Of a stretch of 39,861 nucleotides of DNA, positions 12,596-24,295 are shown piece after piece. Location of the stretch: NCBI GenBank assembly GCA_002269645.1, contig NIVC01001495.1, positions 1-39,861 of the forward strand. Reading direction: 5' to 3'. The stretch is from Macrostomum lignano (lineage: Eukaryota). A program made the position numbers and the translations under genes. Numbering within the stretch: position 1 is the first letter of the stretch; every line of letters starts with the position of its first letter. Under the pieces are notes generated by a model. It worked only from the letters and a program-made list of their open reading frames with translations, was not told the DNA's origin and did not search any database.

Positions 12596-13915
12596 CGAGG
12601 GCTGCTTAATAAGTTCGCGGAAAACCAAACTTATCTTCAAGCGAATCAAACGAAATTTTATGAACTTTTTCCTTCAGATATTGGCATCTTACACACAATT
12701 TTTCAGCCAGTTTGGCCAAAATGTTGCGACGCAGTGGCCGAAGAAGTGATGAAACCCCCGCTCCAGTGCTGCGCCTGACTGAGCGCGACAGGCGAGTCGC
12801 AATTCTGGTCCAATTCTGGCTTGGCCTGTCTGCCTCCGAATGCTTGCAGACGCTTCAAAAGGCCCTTGAGAGTGAAGCCCCATCCCAGACGATGGTGTAC
12901 AAGTGGTTCGGTCGATTCCGCTCCGGCTGTATGGAGCTGGACGATGATGAACGTGAAGGCCATCCAAATTTGTCCATCTCGGACACGACTGTGGCCAGTG
13001 TCCAAAAGCTGCTCGATGCAGACCGCCGAGTGACGATTCGGGAAATCGAAAAACATGTCGGGATTTTGGATTCAAGCATCATTACTATCTTGCACGATCA
13101 CCTCGGCATGAGGAAGGTGTCAGCTTGCTGGGTCCCTCATCAACTGAAGCCGGCTCAGATGCAGGCCCGCGTGGATTTTGCGAACTTCATGCTCGACAAG
13201 TTCGACGCAGGCGCCTCAAATTTGGTGGACGGCATCCTCACAAGTGATGAAACATGGGTGTACTTTTATGATCCTGAGACAAAAGTACAGAGCAAGCAGT
13301 GGGTCGCCTTTGAGGAGGATTCGCCCTTGAAATTTCATCGCGAGCGAAGCGTCGGCAAAGTGATGGCTGCGGTGTTTTTCCGTCGGTGCGGAATTCTGCC
13401 GCCTGTTCTGCTCGAGGAGGGAGCCACAGTGACTGGCAGCTGGTACTCCAGTGTCTGCCTGCCGCAGGTGCTGGAATTCCTGCGTCGAGAGCGGCCAAAG
13501 ACCAGAGATCGCGGCATTTTCCTGCACCACAACAACGCGCCCGCTCACAGAGCCAGTGTCACGCAGCAGTTCTTGGCATCAACTGAGCTGACTCTGCTGC
13601 CGCATCCGGCCTACTCGCCCGACCTCGCGCCTGCAGACTTCTTTCTCTTTCCGAAGATCAAGAAAAATCTGAAGGGGAAGCGCTTCGACACTCGTGAGGA
13701 GCTGGAACAGGCGTTGAATGCGGAGCTGGAAGCCGTCACAAAGGCGGAATTGAGGGACTGCTTTGCGGCGTGGTTTCATCGGATGAAGAAATGCATTGAT
13801 CTGGCTGGGGACTATGTTGAGAAGTGCCATTAGGTTGGGCTAAGTGTGTGTAAAATTTCACGACTGTGCGATAACTATAAGTATGTTTTTCCGCGAACTT
13901 ATTAAGCAGCCCTCG
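12596..13915 (+). mobile_element. Full-length mariner (Tc1/mariner, DD34D class) DNA transposon, 1320 bp
   Basis: Perfect 29-bp TIRs CGAGGGCTGCTTAATAAGTTCGCGGAAAA at both ends; TA target duplications at 12594-12595 and 13916-13917; single internal transposase ORF. Confidence 0.98.
12721..13833 (+). CDS. Mariner transposase, uninterrupted ORF (~370 aa), second catalytic Asp replaced by Asn
   Basis: WVPHQL linker, DETWVY, HHNNAPAH (canonical HHDNAPAH) and YSPDLAPADF motifs, with 34 residues between the last two catalytic positions. Confidence 0.95.
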   Translation: MLRRSGRRSDETPAPVLRLTERDRRVAILVQFWLGLSASECLQTLQKALESEAPSQTMVYKWFGRFRSGCMELDDDEREGHPNLSISDTTVASVQKLLDADRRVTIREIEKHVGILDSSIITILHDHLGMRKVSACWVPHQLKPAQMQARVDFANFMLDKFDAGASNLVDGILTSDETWVYFYDPETKVQSKQWVAFEEDSPLKFHRERSVGKVMAAVFFRRCGILPPVLLEEGATVTGSWYSSVCLPQVLEFLRRERPKTRDRGIFLHHNNAPAHRASVTQQFLASTELTLLPHPAYSPDLAPADFFLFPKIKKNLKGKRFDTREELEQALNAELEAVTKAELRDCFAAWFHRMKKCIDLAGDYVEKCH

Positions 13916-14864
13916 TATGTGCCAATTAATAACATTTGGATAAATAAAAATGAATATTTAAAATAAAAATAGTACTTCTTTGTATAGTTTTAACTGATTT
14001 TGATTTGAATATTTTAAATGTAAGCAAAAATAAAACAAAGAGTTTTTACTAGAAAAGCATTTAAAAGCTGCAAGTATTGATTTATTATTTTAACTTTTGT
14101 TTAAATTATTATTCTATAATGTAGCATTTTTTAATGCTACTATGCTCTAAGTATATTCCCATGCACATGTGACACCTTCCTAAATATAGAGCCTTAGGGT
14201 TTATAGAGCCTTAAAGCTTTAGGGTCTAAATATTGAGTTTAGGGTAGGTGCAAAATTTGGTGTAATTTGGTTGAGTGGTTTTGGGAGTCTATAGCAATCA
14301 AAATTGTACATAGATAGATGCACAGACAGAGTTTTCATTTTTATAAGTATATATTTTCCATGAAAAAGACTATCTTCTTGACTATAGTCATAAAGACACT
14401 CTATTGATAAATGTTCAATGTAGATATTAGCAGACTTTTAATACAAATTGACTCCAAGTTTTGCTTATCTCCTATTAGCTATCTTTCTTATTATACTTCA
14501 TACTATCAGAATTGCTATAGCTCTTCTCATATTCTCAATATAGCTAAGAAACTAGTATTAATAGGTTTTTGTTTAAGTACAAATATGTCAACAATGTTTA
14601 TTATTAGGTAACCAACTGGGTCATTCCATGAGAGGGTCCTATCATGTTTTTGAACTTTAAGCACTTGTAACATTTAAGCCATAATAGATAAAACAAAGCT
14701 GCAAAAGGCAGGCTATGTCAAACTTCTAGTTTTATATTTTTATATAGCTGCTTATGAATTCTAAAACAACCAAACACATAGTAGAGACATAAACAATGTT
14801 GACAGTTGTTTGATGATGAAAAACAACTATCATGAGACCTTCTTGTCGAATGATACAACTGAAT

Positions 14865-15505
14865 AGTTAACTAGTCATTTTGCCCATAAACCATTTCAGC
14901 TATGGACATTTTGCCCTAGACTATTTCATATATACTATTTTGCCTATAGACCATTTTGGCCATGGATCATTTTGCTTCTACTAAGCTAACTGGATTAGTT
15001 TGGCCAAGGATTACAAGGAAAATGGTAATAAATACCCAAACTTGGAGAAAGTTGATAAATTTTTTAATACTATTCATATTTATAATATATTATATTAATT
15101 ATATATTTTATTCTTTTAGCATTCTTGGTTTTATAGTGCTTATAACCAAAACCTTTTTTATCCTTTGATTAAAATGGCTTATTGCACTTTTGAAAGGAAT
15201 GACAATCTTAGAAAAAAATTATAATAATACACAACAATTGTAATAAATACAATTGTAGTAACACAATTATAAGGTTGTGTTTATAGCAATAATTCATATT
15301 TTATTACATAATAAAATTAAAAATTAGCATTATAAAGACAGAACTAAAGATACATATATAGCTATATTGCTAAATTATATAATACCATTTCAGCTGAAAT
15401 GCCTATAACCAAACTGGTTTATGGGCAAAACAGACTATGGGCAAAATGGTCTGAGGGCAAAATGTCCATAGCAAAATAGTTTGAAGGCAAAAAATTAGAA
15501 TAACT
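14865..15505. mobile_element. Degenerate foldback/MITE-like element with imperfect long inverted ends built of CATTTTGCCC subrepeats
   Basis: Left CATTTTGCCCATAAACCATTTCAGCTATGGACATTTTGCCC mirrors the reverse complement of ~15410-15495 (GCTATGGACATTTTGCCC...). No TSD resolved; boundaries approximate. Confidence 0.55.
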
Positions 15506-15517
15506 TGTCATACATTT

Positions 15518-17026
15518 GGGCATTTCCGCCAAATAGGGACACAAATTGTGTCCGAGTGTGCAAAGAAGAAGAAAAAAGTTGAAAACAGGAAATCTAACTA
15601 GAATTTGTTATTAAATTTTTTTTTATCTTGTAAAAGCACAAGAAATTTTCTGGTAACAATAAAAGTTGCCGATAAAAGTTATACTGATCTAAGAAGACGA
15701 TTAATACCGTAGGAGCATAAAATTTTATATTGAGGCGTAATTGCTTGATTATAATTAACTTTCTTTCAGTCAATAATTTTTTAATTGTTTCTTAATGCTT
15801 TTAATCAACTTTTTAATTCAGATTTTGTTATTTTTGCGCATAAGTTCATACGATATTTTTTAACTTTGTCAAAATGTTTTTTTCTGCACGATATACCGAA
15901 CGTAAATCTCTAATTTTACTTTTCAGTAACTAGCCGATCACCGTAATTATTCAGAAGTTCCAGTGCAACTTTGCAAGCAGCAAGAAATGCATATGCTTCC
16001 ACAATCTAGAGAAAGTTTTTCTGAAGCAATATTACAAGTAAATGTGGGGAAAATTGATTTAGTACTATGTAAATTAATATCTACATACTATAGTGCAAAA
16101 TGTAAATTACATTTTTATTGATAAATAAACAAGAAATTAATGTGAAACTGTTTTATTTTCCAGCTTTTATACTTAATGATAGTCTTGTAAGACTGATTTT
16201 GAGAAAAAAACTAGCGAAAAATAAAATAAAGGGTACAACATGAAAATACATCTCGTGTAAGTAGTGTGCTTACTACATTTAAATGTTAATATTTAAGGTA
16301 TTTTGATAGATTAAGGTTCAGCAGACCACTTTTTGTGAAGCTCTGTATGTCGGCAATCCATAAATATATCGTTTTCAGCTAATGAAAAGCACTAAAAAAA
16401 ATTATTGGGTACAACATGAGTACAATCTTGTGGTTAAGATGTCACATCGAAAAAAAATTAATGTCTTAGAAAAATGTATTAAGCAAATGTTATTGCTAAA
16501 AAATATACTGATACATCATCGCAAAGATGTTTTCCTTCATTTAAGCTAAAAAACATGTAGATTGAAAGCCTTATGAGTAAATGAGAGGGTACAACATGAG
16601 TACAAATGATACAAAAACTTACCGTTTATAATTTTTGGTATAGCAAGAAAACTGACAAAAATCAATGACTTCTTGCAGGTGTTGTGACGAAAAGGAATGA
16701 TTTTAACAAAGTTTAATGTGTTTTTTTTATGAAACAAAGAGAATAACTATCAAGAATGTTTTTTTTCGCTCTTTTATTCAATGTTGAAGTTAAAAATTGT
16801 GTGTTTGGACATCCAAAAAAGTGGCGTCTACGTAAGTTTAAAATGGTTTATTCAACATTAATTTTGCGATTAACAATCTTTAAATAGCTTTAAATTGAGC
16901 AAAAGTGGTTGTATTTTACAGTTTAAGTCCTTGTTTGACTTCAATTAGCTGGCTTAAGCTACAATTCATCATTTTCTGTTTGTTGAAGTGTAATTTTCCG
17001 ATAGTGCCTAATTGGCGGAAATGCCC
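15518..17026. mobile_element. Non-autonomous DNA transposon, Sola-like
   Basis: ~20-bp TIR GGGCATTTCCGCCAA(A/T)TAGG, GGG...CCC termini, 4-bp TSD ATTT (15514-15517 and 17027-17030). No transposase ORF seen; superfamily is inferred from termini and TSD only. Confidence 0.7.
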
Positions 17027-17227
17027 ATTTGTTAATTTGATCAAATTATTTGCTAATCAAAAATAAATTAGAACAAGCAGAACCTCAAAATACAAATTAC
17101 TATAATCTGGCTAGAATTAAAAATAAAGAAAATGTTTGTACAATAAAATATATTAATACGCAGATAAGAAAATATGTTAATATCTATATATTTAAATTTG
17201 TTAGTGAAATAAACTTGCATTACTCAC

Positions 17228-17291
17228 CATGAAAAATACAACAGAAGAAAATTAAAAGAAATTCTGCGAAAACAGTTTTTGAGAGGTACAT
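17228..17291 (-). CDS. crok: Ly6/uPAR (crooked-like) gene, exon 1: signal peptide
   Basis: ATG at 17291 gives MYLSKTVFAEFLLIFFCCIFH+G with a phase-1 donor GTGAGT that joins exon 2 in frame (…FH-A-DA/IKCYEC). Confidence 0.78.
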
Positions 17292-17797
17292 TTGTTAAGA
17301 AATCAATGCAGAGCCGTGACACTTGTAAAAAAGTTTGCTACTATTCGCCTGCTACTAAATATTAGCGGCTGTTCAGTTGTCAAGATAGACTTTACCGTTT
17401 ATAATTTATTTATACTAAAAGCACTTCCGTAGTTTTCTTCCTAAGAAAGTCTTTTTGAAACATCGCGCTATAAAAAAATAAAACAATTTTTGATAGTTTT
17501 TTAAACGGTTCTTTCGAAGTTATGACATAAAGTTTCTGCTTTAGTATTTAAAAAAGAAATAAAGATCCAGAATTACACAAAAACGCTACATTTATTCAAG
17601 CTTTTAAATAGCAAAAAAAGGGGCGATAATACAATATAGGTCAGTTATTAAAATTATATATCTAGGCATAGAAAATAACTGTACGCGAGGACACAGGGCG
17701 TTTTTTAAGTCAATAAAGTGCGCTTGAACAATCTATCTATCTATAATAATTATACATTTCAGTTCAGTCGGTTTTCTACTAAAAATCCTACTAAACT
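17292..17797. promoter_or_regulatory. Putative compact bidirectional promoter/5'UTR region between divergent crok-like and DEDD start codons
   Basis: Divergent ATGs only ~0.5 kb apart; acceptor-like CATTTCAG at 17755-17762 just upstream of the DEDD ATG. Inferred from gene geometry only. Confidence 0.45.
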
Positions 17798-18146
17798 ATG
17801 GAAATGTTGCGCACTCAGTCAGAGAGTATCAACGCTGGTCCCGAAATCATGTCCATCGGCGAACTGCATCGCTGCATCTTGGCTAAACTGACTGTAAAGG
17901 AAGTCCGACGCGCTATTAATAAGTACCGGGACTTGATGCCAAAGGAATCAGACTGGAATAGAAAGCTAAGCCAATCTAGCAAGAAGCCTGAACTTGGTTT
18001 TCGTTATTTGTTTCGTTGTGGGCAAATTGATGATGACAACAACAGAACGCTTCAAAAGATGTTGAAGTATATGGATAGATATGACATCTTGCCTTACTTC
18101 CAAACACTGCGTTACCAAGATGCATGCCAAACAGCAAGTGATCACC
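17798..18146 (+). CDS. DEDD: DEDD homologue exon 1: death effector domain
   Basis: Translation ends ...LQKMLKYMDRYDILPYFQTLRYQDACQTASDH, containing the DED RxDL-type motif (cf. DEDD RHDLLPYV); phase-1 donor C|GTAAGT at 18146/18147. Confidence 0.8.
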
Positions 18147-18550
18147 GTAAGTATAATATTGGGGTTTTATTGGTAATTTATTTATTCCTTGCTTTAAGTT
18201 TAACTATTCATTCTAAACTCTGACTGTTAGTAGTGTTACTTCTTTATTCAATTTTTTTAATCATGACAAGTAATTGCATATTTTAATACCTTTAAGTGGT
18301 AAAAACAGTAAATTGATAACATATTTTTCTATCAAAATGACAAGTGTTTTACAATATAATATTCTTTAAAAAATTATTCTTTTTTAATTATATTTTAATT
18401 GTAGTTAAAGAATAATAACTAAAATTACGTTTAAAAAGTATGGCTATGGTTTTGGGTAATTCTATATATAGTCATTTTTTATCTAAGAAATCATATAGGC
18501 TTATTTATAATAAAATTCAATATAAGTTATAAGATACTAATATTTATTAC

Positions 18551-19363
18551 ATTCGGACAGCCAAGCTGCCTTGCACGCCATCAGTGGCTGCAGCACCAAC
18601 TCTGCTACAGTCCTCGACTGTATCAAACTCCTCAACGTGTTGGGTTCCGCCAACAAAATTACCCTTAAGTGGGTTCTAGGGCATGTAGGGATCCAAGGAA
18701 ATGAGTTGGCTGACACCCTTGCAAAAGTTGGTGCCTCCGGCTCCTCTCTTGGCCCCGAACCTCTTGTCCCAATTCCTGGCTGTGTCATCAACTCGCGCAT
18801 CAAAGCGTGGATCAGGACCTAGCACCGCTCGACTTGGGCGAACTGCACCACCTGTAGGCAATCCAGAGGCGCTGTCCCTCAGCCCTCTCATCAGCTCTGG
18901 AAGCTCCTCTTGCGCCTCTCGCGCAGAGACATCCGGGCTGCCACCATGACCCTCTCTGGTCACGGCTACTTCTCCAGGCACCAGTACCTGCAGGGCAACG
19001 CCACCAATGCCACCTGTAGTTTCTGCAACTCAGGTGACGAAACCGCTGAGCTTTTCGTCAGTATCTGTCCCACCTTTACGCGAGCCAGACTCACTTACCT
19101 CGGGCCACACACATCTATTACTGAAGCGTGCAAACCCGAAAACTTTAATCAGCTCATGCGCTACCTTCGGGCCACCCGCAGGGCTGAACTCTCCTTTCCA
19201 GAGAGCACTATAGCTGCTGGCGACACTGGGGGACCTCCCTGGGCAGCGCCAACCCTCCGTCCATAGCGACGCGTTGGCCGTTCAGGGACTAGCAGAATGG
19301 GCGCCTGCACCTTCCCGCTGTGTCCCCTCCGAGACAGCCCTGCAGCTAAGTCAAGTCTAAGTC
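18551..19363 (+). mobile_element. 5'-truncated non-LTR retrotransposon (RNase H-bearing clade), decayed
   Basis: RNase H motifs SDSQAAL...WVLGHVGIQGNELADTLAK, one in-frame stop at 18820-18822, C-terminal CSFC...ETAEL...C knuckle, tail CTAAGTCAAGTCTAAGTC, and a 12-bp TSD AATATTTATTAC (18539-18550 and 19364-19375). Confidence 0.92.
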
Positions 19364-20594
19364 AATATTTATTACTATTAATAATTATCAGTGATAGACA
19401 CTGCTAAATTTATTTTTAGTGCCGCTAATTAGTGCTGTCACTAACTGATATCAGAAAAAAATTAGCAATTGCTAATAGCAGGCGCTATTTCTACTTTGAA
19501 TTTAGTGCAATTAGTGCTGCTAATTTTGAAAGGCAGTGCTTATCCCCACGGTACTATAGGAATAATATCTGTCTTATTCCAACAGTACCATAGGGATAAT
19601 TTTCTGCTTATCCGCATGGTACACTGACGAGATAGCTGCCTTATCTTCTACATATGCTGTGGGAATAATTTTCTGTTTATCCGCATGGCACATTGATGAG
19701 ATAGCTGCCCTATCTTCTACATATGCCGTGGGTTCATTATTTAGTTTAGTACTTACGGTTTAAGTGCAGTATAACAACATAACTTTGCTTGGCCATTATT
19801 TTTATAGAAGTAAAGATTTAATGGCCTTTTTATACAAAAAACACTTTTTGTATTTATGACATATGATTTAAGGTAAATTGCTTTAGTAATTGTTTATAAT
19901 TTGAACCAATAGAACCAATTTGTGAAGTATAACTTTTTTGTCTCTATAACTAGAGGGAGATACATGCTATAAAGTTTTTATTATTGAATGACAATCGCCA
20001 AGAAGAAAGTAAAAAATTGTGCTAAGTGAGGTTGTTAAGGCAGTCAAACATTCAACATTCAAACATTCAATTATACTGCTATTTTTCTTGGAAGATCCAA
20101 ACCGATTCTGATTCTAGAATTGGTAATATGAAAAGCCTCCTAGTCTAATCCCGAGATCTTCGAAAAGTCCATTGCCACTTCTGTAGACTTCTACTAGACA
20201 TGTAAATTCTCAATTTGTTTGTATAAATTATTGCATTGCTTCAACAATTTGCCCTATCTCGTCGGATTCAACCCACTTCGGCGAAGGAATTTTCGGCGAA
20301 AGTCAATACTTTTCAAGACTTTTGCAGCGACCATTTTGTCTAAAATTGATCCACTTTGGCGAAGGGTTATTTTTATTATTGGCCAAAGGCAAGCGAGCAA
20401 TTATGCATTCTACGCGGAGTAATTGTAACAAATGAAAAAATCGGTGTCTGTAAATAAAAAAAACAATTAAAATGAACAAATTGAGCAGTTAAAATTGATT
20501 ACTAAAATTAAAAGTCATTTGGGCTAAGACATTTAAAATAAAGTTAAATATATCCATTGTCATTGTATGTGTATCATAAAGTTAGGGTGCATTT

Positions 20595-20925
20595 AGGCGA
20601 CTACACTTCTCCAACAAGCTCTCAGTTGAGCGCAGACCCAAGTGATGCTCCCACCACAGATCTAAAAATATGCAGTTGCGCTTTCGCTGTGCTTTGCGCT
20701 GAAATCGTCGCAACTATCCCTGTGCCATGAGCTGAGCATCAACAGCGACAAGTCGCCCTTCCTTGTGCAATAGTCGGACGAGAACGTAAAATTGAAGGCC
20801 GTTTTGCTGAGCCCGGTAGTTGAGCCGTCGATGCCAGCCTTCTACGTCATTGTTGGTTCAAATGGTGCAGTCGTAAACTGATATTTCATTGATGCTCCAG
20901 ATGGTACCGTTTAACCACATGTCCT
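20595..20925 (-). pseudogene. MULE transposase C-terminal remnant
   Basis: Manual translation DMWLNGTIWSINEISVYDCTI*TNNDVEGWHRRLNYRAQQNGLQFYVLVRLLHKEGRLV...; the (R)TNNxxEGWHxxLN motif is typical of MULE transposases; two in-frame stops. Confidence 0.82.
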
Positions 20926-21059
20926 AATATTGAATTAAATTGGTCATTGCAGAATGTATATCAGCTTAAACGTATACATTTATTTACACAATTTTGATTG
21001 TAATATAATTTCATATATTTGTCGATGTACCTGAAAGTACTGGCACAACTGATTTAAGA

Positions 21060-21355
21060 GTGGCTGGCTGGCACCACCAACTTATCTGTAGCTCGCCTAG
21101 GGTTTCATAATACATGTAATACATGTACAGAATACATATACAGAATAATACATGTATGTGAAAAGACAATGTATGCACATATATGTACTTTATATCGTAC
21201 GCTCGTACCTTTCGTATCTGGATATATTGTTGGTGCGAAATCCCTGTTTGACATTTTCGATGCTGCCATCCACCACATCCGTCACAACTGATGGCATGTT
21301 GATGAGCACTTACGATTTTCTCACAGAGAAGACATAAATTGCTAGGTGCATTCAT
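21060..21355 (-). pseudogene. PHD-finger remnant within the nested MULE
   Basis: CLLC...CDGC..WQHRKC...WWCQP pattern (C4-H-C3-like, last Cys absent), interrupted by a low-complexity, possibly intronic stretch. Confidence 0.7.
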
Positions 21356-24295
21356 AGTTGCAGAGCGCAAGTCAAGTTTTTATAAGAACTAAGCAGAAAT
21401 AGTCTAGTGCTATTGTGTTTGTTTAACAGTGCTCAATTTTTCTAGTGATTAAATTCATTTAATTCATATGCTGGTTGGTATATATGAACTAGAGGCCATG
21501 GCTCCAACCCAACCCCCCCCCCCTATAAATCCATCGATTGCACTTTGCATGATGTACGTATATCTAGCTATATATATAGCTAAGTTGTGAGTTTTTAAAT
21601 GTGCAAGCTGCAAATATCTTCATTGGCAATCAATGAATAATTTAAAAGATACTTGTACATGTATTTAAGTATCTTTTTGCCAAAGTGGTTAATTTCTTTC
21701 GCCAAAATGTGCATCTATGTAGACAAAAAATTCATCTTTGCCAAAACGTCTTTCGCCGAAAATTCCTTTGCTGAAATGGGCTGCACCATCTGTCAGTGTG
21801 CCATGCGGATAAGCAGAAAATTATTCCCACAGGCCACAGCATATGTAGAAGATGGGGCAGCTATCTCGTCAGTGTACCATGCGGATAAGCAGAAAATTAT
21901 CCCCATGGTACCATTGGAATAAGACAGAAATTATTCCTATGGTACTGTGGGGATAAGCACTGCCATTTTGAAATGCACTAATTAATAAATACATGTAATA
22001 TAAACTGTTATTTCACATATATGTATGCATTTTTGCACATTTTTAACTTACACATTTTAAATGAATAAGCTAAGAATGTTATTGCTAATAATTTGTTTTT
22101 TTTATCAATCATAATAAAAATCCTCAAGCTGCTGAACTGTTAGAGCAGAGCACTCTGCCTTTCTAGTAGATGTCTGTCTACCATACTTTTTCCCACAAAC
22201 TATTATAGCCATTACTTTGAGAGTAGAAAGTATCTTTTTATACTAAGGTAGATTTCAATTTAACAGTCTTGATTAATAGAAATTTTATTGATATAATTAG
22301 ATAGTTGTTTAACAGAGGAGATTTTAATGAAAATTAGTTCTATTGAAAAAAATTGATAGAGTATGGTTTTATAAAAAGGATCTCAATAATTTTTATAGTT
22401 TTACTGAGAGGTTTTTTATAGATTCTAATTTCACGAAAAAATTGATATCTGCAAAGATTGTAGTCATTTTTTGATAGGTCAGAGATAAAGTTGGAGGGAT
22501 TGCATAAGCACATTTAAGCCATCATTTCAGTATTTTCAGAGAAATGAAAGAGATAAAAGAATAGAGAAGAAAAAGTAGTAAGGAGAAAGAATAGGATAAA
22601 GAGCACAGAGAGGAGAGATGAGAGATGAGAGACTAGAGATGAGAGAGCAAAGAGAAAAGAGCAAACAAGAGAGGCTAGGTCTAGAGTCTGGACAATGGTA
22701 GTCACTTTTTGCAAACAGGGAAACAAGATATGGTATTTGAAAGGTTTTATAAAGGATTTGTAGATGATTTGAAAGATCAGATTCAAGACCTGGGATTTTA
22801 GCTAATAGATTATAGGAAATGGAATTTTTGCAATAGTTCTTCCCCTTTCTCCTCCAAAAGAGGAGTTGCACTTGCATATAATATAGATAAAAAAGCAACA
22901 ATCAACAATAGTTATAGGTGCAGACAGAGGTTGGTTTAGAAATATAAAATGAGAGAAAGGACGATTTTGACCATGAGTAGAGATTGCTATAATATATAGT
23001 ATAGGGATATTATATACTAGACACTATAATACACTAGAAGGATGCCATAAAATACTAGAAAGGCACTATAATAAACCAGAAAGCAAATTGAAGGTAGTAA
23101 GAACCTTTTTAGGGCAAAAGAAGAGGTGCCATCATTGCTAGCCACAAAGAAAAGGTAGCTATCTTCTATACTCCCATATACCTCTATATCATATTCATAT
23201 ATTGCCTTTAGTTTATACTTATTTAAATATAAATATAGTAATCATAGGGTAAAAGCACATGCCCTCTTTTATTGAATGAAAATCATAAGTAAGATGTTTT
23301 AATAGTTCTTGATAACTTAAATTTAACAAAAAAAATTGGAAAGTGAAAATTTAATTTATAATATCTAATTAATCATCTAGGTAAAGAATATTATATTTGG
23401 ATGTTAAAAGTCAGATAGTGGAAACATATAATTAAATACAAATATGCCAGAACCTTTCTTATACTTTTAGTTTATAGGCATTTTAATAGAGTTAATAAAG
23501 TTGATATGTAATATTATCATATTGATCTCTTTTTCTCTATAATTAATGATACTATTTACTTTTTCTAAGAGCAGAAAGTGCCAGTTTCTTGCCTTATTTT
23601 GTATGAGAGATTCTATGATAAGGGCAAATTGAAGTGGGCAAGTTGTTATTGAAATAAAATGTTGATTCTAAAAGAATTCCCAGATTTTCATCTTGTTTCT
23701 CATCTTAAATGACAGACTAACCAAGAGCATAATTGCCTTGTAGAAGAATATGATAGAACAATATGAAAGACCAAATATTGTGCTGAAAACATAAACAAAT
23801 TCTAAAGCAAAGGACTGAAGAATCTGAATATGATATGATTTAGAAATATGATTTTTTTCTACTTTTTAAAGAAAGTTGTAAATCAATTACAATAAAAGTT
23901 TTTTAGCTTTATAATTGATCTAATTCCTTGCATCTGAACATTTTAATAGTAATAATAAAAATGTATGCCTCTGTTCTTATTCTATATTACAATAAGTATA
24001 TCATTAGAAGATCATTTTTTATTGTTATTTCCTGATATTTTATGAAAACTATATTGAGTGTAGAGTTTGTATAATATATAAGCTGTACTTATAACAATAA
24101 ATTCTGTATTTAGAGTTAACAAGTATGCGATAATTAAAAATTAACAGAACTTAACAGAACAGAATTTATTTACATGATGTATTTGCTACAAATTTACAAG
24201 TAGAACACCACGGTAATTTATTACTACGATAGCAAATTCTGAAAGTGAGCAAATTTTATTTCCCCATGCTCTTCCCACTAATCCGCCTGTCGCAG

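Larger units (their letters stand above)
20264..21787 (-). mobile_element. Second MULE nested inside the outer element
   Basis: Own inverted ends (CCCA(C/T)TTC(G/A)GC(G/A)AAGGAATTTTCGGCGAAAG); degenerate TSD ATCTCGTC (20256-20263) / ATCTGTC (21788-21794); internal coding remnants. Confidence 0.7.
19532..21964. mobile_element. Mutator-like (MULE) element, outer copy, with long subrepeated TIRs
   Basis: ~170-bp inverted repeats starting GGCAGTGCTTATCCCCAC; perfect 9-bp TSD ATTTTGAAA (19523-19531 and 21965-21973). Confidence 0.92.

Noticed and set aside
22514-22901. Hydrophobic ORFs resembling membrane proteins
   Set aside because: Derived from a GA-rich low-complexity tract within DEDD intron 1; no splice support.
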